A stretch of DNA of 64,000 bases, taken from assembly GCA_017621075.1 (NCBI GenBank), contig JAGATV010000032.1, forward strand, positions 11,382 to 75,381. The letters are read 5' to 3'. Position numbers and translations under genes: made by a program. This DNA comes from Lachnospiraceae bacterium (lineage in GTDB: Bacteria; Bacillota; Clostridia; Lachnospirales; Lachnospiraceae). Shown here piece after piece: positions 47,644 through 56,496 of the stretch. Positions within the stretch are counted from its first letter, which is position 1, and every line of letters begins with the position of its first letter. Under the pieces are notes generated by a model that was not told the DNA's origin, did no database searches, and saw nothing but the letters and a program-made list of their open reading frames with translations.

Positions 47644-49563
47644 GTGGCAAAAAAGACTTCCCAAAAGAGAGAAACAGTATTTATCTCCGATGCGGATCAA
47701 TATCTGTTCGCACAGGGCACCCATTATGATATCTACAAGAAGCTGGGTGCACATCTGTCCATGGAGGATGGAGAAGAGGGAACCTATTTTGCGGTGTGGG
47801 CGCCCAATGCCCGGACGGTTCATGTGATCGGTTCCTTTAATGGGTGGAACGAGACGGCTCATGAGATGGAGAAGTTAGGAGAAGGGGGAATCTGGGGACT
47901 TTTTATTCCGGGTGTCGGGGCAGGCGAGATGTATAAATTCCTGATCACTGCCCGGGATAGCAGAAAACTTTACAAGGCAGACCCCTTTGCCAACCAGGCG
48001 GAGGTCCGCCCCGGAACGGCATCCATCATCACCGATCTTGGAGGCTTTGCCTGGAAGGATGACAAGTGGCTGGCAGAGCGCAGGAAAAAGGACATAAAGA
48101 AGGAGCCCCTGGCAATCTACGAGTGCCATATCGGTTCCTTTATGAAGCATCCCAACAAAACAGAGGATGGTTTCTACAATTATCGTGAATTTGCGGACAG
48201 GATCGTGGGATACCTGAAAGAAATGAAATATACCCATGTTGAGCTGATGGGGATCGCAGAGCATCCCTTTGACGGTTCCTGGGGATATCAGGTGACGGGC
48301 TATTATGCTCCCACTTCCCGCTACGGAACCCCCAAGGATTTCATGTACCTTGTGAATGAACTGCATAAGGCGGGTGTGGGCGTCATCCTGGACTGGGTGC
48401 CGGCGCATTTTTGTACGGATGCCCATGGACTTGGGGAATTTGACGGCCAGTGCATCTTTGAACATCCCGATCCCCGGCTGGGTGAGCATCCCGACTGGGG
48501 CACCAAGATCTTCAACTACGGCAAGCCGGAGGTCAAGAATTTCCTGGTGGCAAATGCACTGTTCTGGCTGAAGGAATTTCATGTGGACGGTATCCGCGTG
48601 GATGCGGTAGCCTCCATGTTGTATCTGGATTACGGCAAGAAGGATGGCCAGTGGGTTCCCAACAAGTACGGCGGGAATAAGAATCTGGAGGCGATCGAAT
48701 TCTTCCATCATCTGAATTCCGTAGTGCGGGGGACATACCCGGATTTTATGACCATTGCGGAGGAATCCACCGCATGGCCCAACGTGACCAGCGACATCGG
48801 AGAGGACGGTCTGGGCTTTACCTTCAAGTGGAATATGGGCTGGATGCACGATTTCTGTGAGTACATGAAACTGGACCCCATATATCGGAAAGGAAACCAC
48901 TATGCCATGACCTTTGCCATGAGCTATAACGAAAGTGAGGATTATATCCTGCCCCTTTCCCATGACGAGGTAGTACACTTGAAATGTTCCATGGTGAACA
49001 AGATGCCGGGATATATGGTAGACAAATATGCCAATCTTCGGGTGGGCTATACTTACATGTTCGGACATTCCGGCAAGAAGCTTTTGTTCATGGGACAGGA
49101 ATTTGGCCAGGAGCGGGAATGGAGCGAGGCAAGGGAACTTGACTGGTATCTTCTGGGAGAAAAGAACAACAGGGGCATGCAGGAATATGTAAAAGAACTG
49201 TTGCAGCTCTATCGCAAATATCCGGCGCTGTGTGAGATCGACAACAGTTGGAAAGGTTTTGAGTGGATGAACGCAGATGATGCGGACCGTAGCACTTATT
49301 CCTTTGTGCGCAAGAGCTCCACAGGCAGGAACAGCCTTCTGTTCGTGCTGAACATGACTCCCATGAAATGGGAAAATTATCAGGTTCCCGTACCCAGGAA
49401 GAAAAAGTATAAGCTGCTCCTAAACAGTGATGAGGAAAGGTTCGGGGGCTGGGGCAACCGGATTCCTGCCGAGATCACGGCAGAGAAGAAAGCGTGTCAT
49501 TATCATGACTATTCCATTACCCTGGATCTGCCTCCGTACACGGCAGCAGTATTCCTGTTCTAG
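47644..49563 (+). CDS. glgB: 1,4-alpha-glucan branching enzyme
   Basis: FAVWAPNA, SWGYQ, DWVPAHF, RVDAVASM, AEEST, SHDEVVH. Confidence 0.96.
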   Translation: MAKKTSQKRETVFISDADQYLFAQGTHYDIYKKLGAHLSMEDGEEGTYFAVWAPNARTVHVIGSFNGWNETAHEMEKLGEGGIWGLFIPGVGAGEMYKFLITARDSRKLYKADPFANQAEVRPGTASIITDLGGFAWKDDKWLAERRKKDIKKEPLAIYECHIGSFMKHPNKTEDGFYNYREFADRIVGYLKEMKYTHVELMGIAEHPFDGSWGYQVTGYYAPTSRYGTPKDFMYLVNELHKAGVGVILDWVPAHFCTDAHGLGEFDGQCIFEHPDPRLGEHPDWGTKIFNYGKPEVKNFLVANALFWLKEFHVDGIRVDAVASMLYLDYGKKDGQWVPNKYGGNKNLEAIEFFHHLNSVVRGTYPDFMTIAEESTAWPNVTSDIGEDGLGFTFKWNMGWMHDFCEYMKLDPIYRKGNHYAMTFAMSYNESEDYILPLSHDEVVHLKCSMVNKMPGYMVDKYANLRVGYTYMFGHSGKKLLFMGQEFGQEREWSEARELDWYLLGEKNNRGMQEYVKELLQLYRKYPALCEIDNSWKGFEWMNADDADRSTYSFVRKSSTGRNSLLFVLNMTPMKWENYQVPVPRKKKYKLLLNSDEERFGGWGNRIPAEITAEKKACHYHDYSITLDLPPYTAAVFLF

Positions 49564-49575
49564 GCGGTATGGGGT

Positions 49576-49602
49576 TAAGAAAAATTTCAGAAGCACCGAA
49601 AT
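49576..49602 (+). promoter_or_regulatory. Putative sigma-28 (FliA/SigD) promoter
   Basis: TAAG-N15-ACCGAAAT upstream of flagellin-containing operon. Confidence 0.55.
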
Positions 49603-49638
49603 AAAAGGTGAGTGCAGCGAAAGCTGTGCTCACCTTTT
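49603..49638 (+). terminator. Intrinsic terminator after glgB
   Basis: aaaaggtgagtgcagc-gaaa-gctgtgctcacctttt. Confidence 0.75.
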
Positions 49639-49698
49639 CCAATGACCGAGACAAAGATGGAATGATATAGAACGGGCAGGACCGGATAGGAGAACAGC

Positions 49699-52572
49699 GT
49701 GAGGATTACTTTTCAGACGGGAGAGATTCCGGAGGCAGGAAAACAGATACAGCAGGACAGAAAAAGGGAAATTGCGTCACAGGGTGGGGGGACATTGTCT
49801 CCAGCTGCTTATCAGACAGATGTCCTTTTTGAGAAGAGCTCCGATTGGTTTGGAGCAGCTATGGAAGGAAAGGAAAAGACCAGCACTATTGCGGATTTTC
49901 GGCAGGAATTGGCCTATCTGGATGTAGGAGTACAACAGGACTATATGACAGTAATGTCACATACAATGTCGGAGGAAGATTACGCCAAACTGTCCGGGGA
50001 AGGGTTTCATTTTGAACAGATGGACCCGGAAGAGGCAGTGACCATTGTAGATAAGATCAAAGCAGAGCTGGTCCGCTCCGGTCAGATCATAGCGGGCTAT
50101 ACGGATGATGTGGACATAGATACTCTGGCAGCGGCGGTGGGAAGCGAATCCCTTGCAAGGGAACTGGCAGATTGCTTCAGGCAGGCCGATCTTCCTCTGA
50201 CGGAGGAGACTGTGGGAGAAGTCACACAGGCATGGGATATGGCCAGCCGCTTGGAAGCACCCACCGAGGGCGCCTGCCGGTACATGATCGACAATAACAT
50301 GGAGCCTGAAATCTGGAACTTTTATCTGGCGGAGAACAGTGGAGCCCAAAGTCTGCCACAGCCGGGGAATCAGGACAAAATGTATGATTTTTATGAGGAA
50401 AACGGCATCCTGGAGCAGATCGACAAGGTGATTGCCCGCTCTGAGCGTGAGGTGGACGAAGAAAGCAGACAGGATGCCAGGTGGCTTATGGACAGGGGAC
50501 TTTTTCTTACCCCGGAGAATCTTAAGAGGCTGGAAGATATAAAGAGTGTGGAATTCCCGGTACAGGAGCGGACGTTTGCCCGTGCGGCGGCCGGTGCCGT
50601 GGCGGCAGGGGAAAAGCCCATTTACGGCAATCTGTCCGAGGGGGCAACCATCTATGAAAAGGCTGTGGCGGTCCTGGAAAAGTACCAATCTGCAGAAGGC
50701 TGGGAGAGTTTCAAGGGAGACATTGCCGCCAGAAGACAGTTGGAAGAGATCCGGCTCCACATGACGGCGGAAGTCAATGTGAAACTGTTAAGGAGTGGAT
50801 TTGCCATTGACACTGCTCCCATGGAACAGTTGTTAGAGGCATTGAAACAGGCGGAAGGCCAGGTGGCGCAAAAGCTGTTTCCGGGGGAAACGGATGAGCG
50901 GGCAGTCGAAAATTACCGGCTGTATCAATCCGCGGGCCGGGTTGTAGAGGAATTGCCGGCATTACCGGCACAGATACTGGGACCTTACAGTAAAGGAGAT
51001 TTTGCTACCCTGTCGCACTTTCACAGGGAGGGAACTCTTTTGCAGGAGACCTGCCGAAAGGCCAACGAAAGCTACGAAGCCCTGATGACGGCTCCCAGAA
51101 GCGATCTGGGTGACCACATCCGTAAGGCTTTTGCCAATGTGGACGATATCGCAACAGATTTAGGACTGGAGCTTACGGAAGAAAACAGGCGCGCCGTGAG
51201 GATCCTTGGTTACAACCGCATGGATATGAATCTTGAAAATGTGGAGAAGGTCAGGGAGGCTGACAGACAGGTACAGTCGGTGGTGCAGCGCCTTACGCCT
51301 GCCGCTACCCTGAAAATGATCCGGGACGGAATCAATCCGTTGGAACAGAGCTTTGAGGAATTGGAGCACTATTTTGAGGAGAATTCCGGCGATTATGAGG
51401 AAAGCGCAGAAAGCTACAGCCGTTTCCTGTATGGGTTGGAAAAGAATCATGAGATCACCGAGGATGAGAGGGCGGCGTACATTGGTATTTACCGCATGGT
51501 GCATCAGATCGAGCGCTCGGACGGCGCAGTGGTGGGCGCCCTGGTAAACAGCCGGGCCCGGCTGCAGTTTTCCAATCTTTTGTCGGCAGTGCGGACCAGC
51601 CGGACAAAGCATATTGATGTAAAGGTGGAAGATTCCTTTGGTATGCTGTCTGAAGCGGTACAGAAAAAAGAGAGCATTTCCGACCAGATCGAGAGAGGAT
51701 TTCTCAAGGAGGCAAAGAGCATTCTGGCAGAACTTTCCGAGGATGCCCGGATACAGGCAGATTATGACAGAGAGCGGCTTTTAGATATACGGGAAGCTGC
51801 CCTGACGGACCAGGAAGCGGCCGCATTGCTCCGAAGGGGGGAGATCCCCGCCAATGCAGGCAATCTGCTGGCTGCCCGGGGACTTTTACAGGAGAGGGAG
51901 AATCTGTTTGGTGAGATACGGGACCGGGTAAAAGAAAACCGGGAGTATGCGGAAATGGCGGAAACGCTTCTTGAGAGCATGGAGGATAAAGACACCTTTT
52001 GCGAGGCTTACAGGCATACTGTGGAGGAACTTGGGACGGCGGTTAAAGAGGCGAGCTTTGACAAGGCGGACACCAGTCTGGACGTGCGGAGCCTGCGTCT
52101 TTTGAACAGGCAGTTGAGCATCGCAGGAAAACTGTCCGATTCCGAGGAGTATGTGCTTCCCATGTACATCGGAGAAAATCTGGCAAAAGTGCATATGAAA
52201 CTTGAGCGGGGAAGCGCAGAAAGGGGATGTGTGCACATTGCGGTGAGCCTGCCCCACAGCGGACATATCGAAGCACATTTTTTACTTCGGGAAGGACATA
52301 TCGGAGGCTTTTTGGTAGGAAATACCCGGGAAGAGGTTACGAAACTAAAGCAGACTGTCGATATATTCAGTGATCACATCCTTGCAGGGGAAGAGGGCCT
52401 GCAGGGGCTAGAACTGGAAGAGCTGCCGATTACGGGCAGCGGCAATTATGCGGGCATGGATGCCGGTGACACAGAGACAGACGGAGCTGATAATATGGAA
52501 CTGTACCGCATTGCAAAAGTGTTCCTGCGGGCAGTCCGGGAAGAAGAGGTATCGTATGAGGATCAATTATAA
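49699..52572 (+). CDS. Large DUF6240-like protein with FliK-like C-terminal domain
   Basis: 957 aa acidic helical; MTAPRSDLGD motif; C-terminal YVLPMYIG..VHMKL..GHIEAHF beta-rich domain; overlaps flagellin start. Confidence 0.7.
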   Translation: MRITFQTGEIPEAGKQIQQDRKREIASQGGGTLSPAAYQTDVLFEKSSDWFGAAMEGKEKTSTIADFRQELAYLDVGVQQDYMTVMSHTMSEEDYAKLSGEGFHFEQMDPEEAVTIVDKIKAELVRSGQIIAGYTDDVDIDTLAAAVGSESLARELADCFRQADLPLTEETVGEVTQAWDMASRLEAPTEGACRYMIDNNMEPEIWNFYLAENSGAQSLPQPGNQDKMYDFYEENGILEQIDKVIARSEREVDEESRQDARWLMDRGLFLTPENLKRLEDIKSVEFPVQERTFARAAAGAVAAGEKPIYGNLSEGATIYEKAVAVLEKYQSAEGWESFKGDIAARRQLEEIRLHMTAEVNVKLLRSGFAIDTAPMEQLLEALKQAEGQVAQKLFPGETDERAVENYRLYQSAGRVVEELPALPAQILGPYSKGDFATLSHFHREGTLLQETCRKANESYEALMTAPRSDLGDHIRKAFANVDDIATDLGLELTEENRRAVRILGYNRMDMNLENVEKVREADRQVQSVVQRLTPAATLKMIRDGINPLEQSFEELEHYFEENSGDYEESAESYSRFLYGLEKNHEITEDERAAYIGIYRMVHQIERSDGAVVGALVNSRARLQFSNLLSAVRTSRTKHIDVKVEDSFGMLSEAVQKKESISDQIERGFLKEAKSILAELSEDARIQADYDRERLLDIREAALTDQEAAALLRRGEIPANAGNLLAARGLLQERENLFGEIRDRVKENREYAEMAETLLESMEDKDTFCEAYRHTVEELGTAVKEASFDKADTSLDVRSLRLLNRQLSIAGKLSDSEEYVLPMYIGENLAKVHMKLERGSAERGCVHIAVSLPHSGHIEAHFLLREGHIGGFLVGNTREEVTKLKQTVDIFSDHILAGEEGLQGLELEELPITGSGNYAGMDAGDTETDGADNMELYRIAKVFLRAVREEEVSYEDQL

Positions 52573-53659
52573 TGTATCAGCCATGTTATCCAATAATGCC
52601 CTGGCAAACAATGACAAGAAACTCTCCGCATCTTTGGAGAGGCTTTCCTCCGGGCTCAAGATCAATCATGCCAAGGACAATCCGGCAGGTCTGGCAATGG
52701 CCAAAAGGATGAATGCCCAGATCCAGGGCGTGAATGTGGCCAGTCAGAATGCCAGTGACGGTGTTTCCGTCATTGAGATCGCAGACGGCGCGCTCTCCGA
52801 AGTTTCGGATATGATCCAGCGAATGAACGAGCTGGCCGTAAAGGCAGCAAACGGCTCCTTAAATGAAGAGGACCGGGCGGTGATCCAGGAGGAAGTGGCC
52901 CAGTTGAAAGACGAGATTGACAGGGTTTCGGACACCGTTGAATTTAACGGCCAGAAGTTGCTGAACGGCGAATTTGATCTAAAGGGTTATACCAACAAAA
53001 CTGATATTAAAGTGAGCACCTATAGCAGGGAGGTGCCGGACGGAACCTATACCATCGACAATATAAGCTGGACCGAAAATGCAGACGGGACATACCGGGT
53101 GGACTGCGAATTTGGGGATGGGTTTGACAAGATCAGGGATTTGAAGGCATCCATGTCGGACGGAATGATCACCATACAGGGTGGGGACGGTTTTGAGATG
53201 ACCCTGGATGTGAATGATGCAGGTGCGTCTGCTTATGCAGACGTAACGATAGAGGCTACGGGAATCGGGGCCATGCGCCTGCAGATCGGAGCCAATGAAG
53301 GACAGGTGCTGGAGATCAATATTCCTGACATGTCCTTAAGAAATATGGGCATCGAGAATCTGGATGTCACCACGGTAGAAGGCGCAAGGAAAGGGATCAG
53401 CAGCCTGGATGGGGCACTTCAGTTTGTGTCCAAGGTACGGGGACGCCTGGGCGCTTTTCAGAACAGACTGGAATCTACGGTGAACAGTCTCGATATTACC
53501 GATGAAAATATGACTGCTGCCTATTCCCGGATCATGGACGTGGACATGGCAGAGGAAATGACGGATTATACCACCAATCAGGTGTTGACACAGGCGGGCA
53601 CTTCCATGCTGGCACAGGCCAACGAGCGACCTTCCCAGGTATTGCAGCTTTTGCAGTAA
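52556..53659 (+). CDS. Flagellin (divergent, 367 aa)
   Basis: MRINYN..LERLSSGLKIN, QRMNELAV, QIGANEGQ, GAFQNRLE, SRIMDVDMA..VLQLLQ. Confidence 0.95.
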   Translation: MRINYNVSAMLSNNALANNDKKLSASLERLSSGLKINHAKDNPAGLAMAKRMNAQIQGVNVASQNASDGVSVIEIADGALSEVSDMIQRMNELAVKAANGSLNEEDRAVIQEEVAQLKDEIDRVSDTVEFNGQKLLNGEFDLKGYTNKTDIKVSTYSREVPDGTYTIDNISWTENADGTYRVDCEFGDGFDKIRDLKASMSDGMITIQGGDGFEMTLDVNDAGASAYADVTIEATGIGAMRLQIGANEGQVLEINIPDMSLRNMGIENLDVTTVEGARKGISSLDGALQFVSKVRGRLGAFQNRLESTVNSLDITDENMTAAYSRIMDVDMAEEMTDYTTNQVLTQAGTSMLAQANERPSQVLQLLQ

Positions 53660-53671
53660 GAGGTAGGAACT

Positions 53672-54148
53672 ATGACAAAGGAATGTAAACAACAATTCAC
53701 TTTGCGGATCACCCAGGCCAACTCTACAGAGCTGGTGGTGATCTTATATGAGATGCTCTTAGTCTATCTGGATGAGGGAGAAACGGCCTGTAAGGCAGAA
53801 AACAGAGAAGAATTGCGGGAAGCAGTCCGCAAGGCAAGGAGCTGTATCAATGAACTGATGCATTCTCTCAACCTGGAGTATGAGCCGGCCCCGGCGCTCC
53901 TTCAGCTTTACCTGTATTGCGTGCGCAGGCTGGCTTTGGGTGAAGTGCGCAGGGATGACACTTGTTTTGAGGAGATCAGACGAGTGATACAGCCGCTGCA
54001 CGATGCATACACCAAGATCGCCGCAGAGAATCACCTGGGACCGGTGATGAACAATTCCCAGGCGGTTTATGCGGGTCTGACCTACGGAAGGAATACCTTA
54101 ACCGAAAACATGGCTGACCAGGGTGCGAATCGGGGAATGCTGGTATGA
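53672..54148 (+). CDS. fliS: Flagellin chaperone FliS-like with C-terminal extension
   Basis: ELVVILYE, ELMHSLN, LLQLYLY; directly after flagellin. Confidence 0.8.
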   Translation: MTKECKQQFTLRITQANSTELVVILYEMLLVYLDEGETACKAENREELREAVRKARSCINELMHSLNLEYEPAPALLQLYLYCVRRLALGEVRRDDTCFEEIRRVIQPLHDAYTKIAAENHLGPVMNNSQAVYAGLTYGRNTLTENMADQGANRGMLV

Positions 54149-54394
54149 AGGCCCCTCTTCGGAAGAAGGCTCTGAAGCGGCCAGATCCGTCAAGTGCTTA
54201 TACCGTTTTTGGAGAGAGTTGATCTCGTAAATATAGCTGTCAATTAAATCCGTTTCCAAGGCATTGTCAAAACCCGCATAAGCGATCTCAAGATCCCGGC
54301 GGGTTTTTTCTATGGAGGCCTGTAGGCTCACCGAAGAAAAATCTTCTTCCGGATATTCCGGAGTGGTATAGCCCTGATGAAAGATCATTTTCAT
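54098..54394 (-). CDS. yaaL: YaaL/DUF2508 family protein
   Basis: FDNALETDLIDSYIYEINSLQKRYKHL; adjacent to bofA. Confidence 0.8.
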   Translation of the reverse strand: MKMIFHQGYTTPEYPEEDFSSVSLQASIEKTRRDLEIAYAGFDNALETDLIDSYIYEINSLQKRYKHLTDLAASEPSSEEGPSYQHSPIRTLVSHVFG

Positions 54395-54478
54395 GGGATA
54401 TCGTCCTTTCCATGTTGTTGTAATAAGTATAGACAGGGAATTTGCAGAATATACCAGTCCCTTGGGAAAAATCTGTCA

Positions 54479-54508
54479 GTCATATTTTGGAAAAAAGGGA
54501 CATAGGCT
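54479..54508 (+). promoter_or_regulatory. Putative sigma-E promoter of bofA
   Basis: GTCATA-N16-CATAGGCT. Confidence 0.55.
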
Positions 54509-54533
54509 GTAGCAAAAACATGCAGAGTCAAAA

Positions 54534-54806
54534 ATGGAAAACACAACGGGAGTATTTTTGATCGCAGGAGTGTGTGTCATTGTGTTATTTATGGGTGCTA
54601 TCCGCACCAAAGCTGAGTGGCTGATGAACCTGGTGATGCGCAGCATCCTGGGGACCATCGCCATGTATTTTATCAACGAGGCCCTGGCTTTTGCCGGAAT
54701 TTCTTTGAGCGTGGGCATCAACGGCGTTACGGTTTTGACATCCGGAATCCTGGGATTTCCTGGGATTTTAGCTCTTTACGGAATTGGGCTCTACAAACTT
54801 TTGTAA
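54534..54806 (+). CDS. bofA: Pro-sigmaK processing inhibitor BofA
   Basis: 3 TM; VGINGVTVLTSGILGFPG motif. Confidence 0.88.
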   Translation: MENTTGVFLIAGVCVIVLFMGAIRTKAEWLMNLVMRSILGTIAMYFINEALAFAGISLSVGINGVTVLTSGILGFPGILALYGIGLYKLL

Positions 54807-54842
54807 GATTTTACCGAAAATGATATTTTTGCTATTTTCCTC

Positions 54843-54871
54843 TTGCAAAAGTAAAAAACAGCGCATATAAT
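54843..54871 (+). promoter_or_regulatory. Sigma-A promoter of Tad operon
   Basis: TTGCAA-N17-TATAAT. Confidence 0.75.
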
Positions 54872-54983
54872 GCAATTTACAACCAGTCAGGTTGACAATC
54901 TTACTACAGATCAAAGAGGCGCATCGCCTCGGATTTCACATCACATCCACAACGGAAGACAAAAGAACAAAGGAGATGATCGA

Positions 54984-55487
54984 TTGGCGGCATTATGCGT
55001 ATTGCTGGTAGTTGCCTGCGCCTATGATTACGGCAGCGGCAGGATACCGAATCTGCTGTTATTGGGAATGCTTGCCGCAGGAATGGTACAAAGGACTTTG
55101 GCGGAAGGTCCTTGGGGAGCGGCGGCATTTCTGACAGCAACAGCGGTAATGACAGCTCTTATGTATCCCTTTTTCAAGATCGGGGCCATGGGAGCGGGAG
55201 ATGTAAAACTTTTGGGTGTCTGTGCGGGGTATCTTCCCGGCAGCAGGATCTTACTATTCTTATTTTTTTCTATGCTGACAGCAGCAATTTTTTCCCTGAT
55301 AAAGTTTTGGAGAAAACAGAATCTGAAAGAGAGGATGCAGTATCTGGCGGAGTATCTGTGGGAGGTGTCCCGGACGGGAAACTGGCATTTGTATGTGGAG
55401 AACCTGCGGGAACAGAGGGAAGCATGCCTGTGCCTTTCGGGACCGGTCCTGATCAGCGCCCTGATGTACTGGGGAGGTGTCTATTGA
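54984..55487 (+). CDS. A24 prepilin peptidase (TadV/CpaA-like)
   Basis: TTG after AAGGAG; YDY..RIPN and GAGDVKL aspartate motifs. Confidence 0.85.
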   Translation: MAALCVLLVVACAYDYGSGRIPNLLLLGMLAAGMVQRTLAEGPWGAAAFLTATAVMTALMYPFFKIGAMGAGDVKLLGVCAGYLPGSRILLFLFFSMLTAAIFSLIKFWRKQNLKERMQYLAEYLWEVSRTGNWHLYVENLREQREACLCLSGPVLISALMYWGGVY

Positions 55488-56485
55488 AGCAAGGAGAAAA
55501 CAGGCGGTTCGTACTCTATGATCCGGAGGAAGAATACGCACAGCTCATGACAGAGTTTTTGCGGGGCCATAAGGATCTGCCCTGGGAGGTTCATACTTAC
55601 ACGGAGGCAGAAAGCCTTTTAAAGGAGGAGCGGGGCCGGGTAGCCATGCTGGCGGCAGCAGAATCTGCATACACGGACGCACTGCAGGAGCTTGCCCCCG
55701 GGCAGATCGTTATCCTGAATGAAAGCGGTCTGGTGCGACAGAATGCGATCAGAAATATCAACAAATATCAGGAGGCAGAAAGCGTGTTGCGAGAGCTGCT
55801 GGAAGCTTACATGGAGGTTGCGGGGGAGGAGATGCCATGGATGCAGGCGGTGGGGCATACCCGGTTCATCGGAATCTATTCCCCGGTAAGAAGATGCCTG
55901 CAGACCACCTTTGCCCTGACAATGGGCCAGATACTGGCGGAGGAACATAGGACCTTATACCTGAATTTTGAACACTATGCGGGAATGGACGAGCTTTTGC
56001 CGGACCGGCAGGAAAAGGATCTGGCGGATCTGTTGTACTTTCTTGCTGCCGGCAGGGAAAAGTTCGGGCTGCGTCTGCGCACCATGATCCGCAGAAACGG
56101 GAACTTGGATTATATACCGCCCATGAAATATGGGCAGAATCTACTGCCTGTCACAGGCGGGGAATGGCTGCATCTTTTGCGCAGGATCGGGGAGATCGGC
56201 GAGTATGAATATGTGATCCTGGATCTGTCGGAAGATATGCAGGGACTCTTTGATATCTTAAGGCTTTGCACCCGGGTCTTTACCCTGACAAAGGATGACA
56301 GGATCGCAAGGAGCAAACTGCTGCAATACGAGCAGCTCCTGGCTCTTTGTGAGTATGAGGATGTGCTGGAAAAGACCTTAAAATGCGGCATCCCGCATAT
56401 ACGCAGGCTGCCGGAGGCATTGGAGCAGTACACCAAAGGAGATCTGGCGGATTATGTAAAAAAACAGCTGCAGGGAATCCGCTGA
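55484..56485 (+). CDS. CpaE/TadZ-like protein (receiver-like + degenerate MinD/ParA domain)
   Basis: TTG after GGAGG; INKYQ, GIYSPVRRCLQTT, LYLNFE, YVILDL. Confidence 0.75.
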   Translation: MKQGENRRFVLYDPEEEYAQLMTEFLRGHKDLPWEVHTYTEAESLLKEERGRVAMLAAAESAYTDALQELAPGQIVILNESGLVRQNAIRNINKYQEAESVLRELLEAYMEVAGEEMPWMQAVGHTRFIGIYSPVRRCLQTTFALTMGQILAEEHRTLYLNFEHYAGMDELLPDRQEKDLADLLYFLAAGREKFGLRLRTMIRRNGNLDYIPPMKYGQNLLPVTGGEWLHLLRRIGEIGEYEYVILDLSEDMQGLFDILRLCTRVFTLTKDDRIARSKLLQYEQLLALCEYEDVLEKTLKCGIPHIRRLPEALEQYTKGDLADYVKKQLQGIR

Positions 56486-56496
56486 CAGGAGGAAAC

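Noticed and set aside
52556-53659. Prophage-encoded flagellin / TldR-type system
   Set aside because: No phage, integrase or TnpB-like genes; flanks are core genes (glgB, yaaL, bofA).
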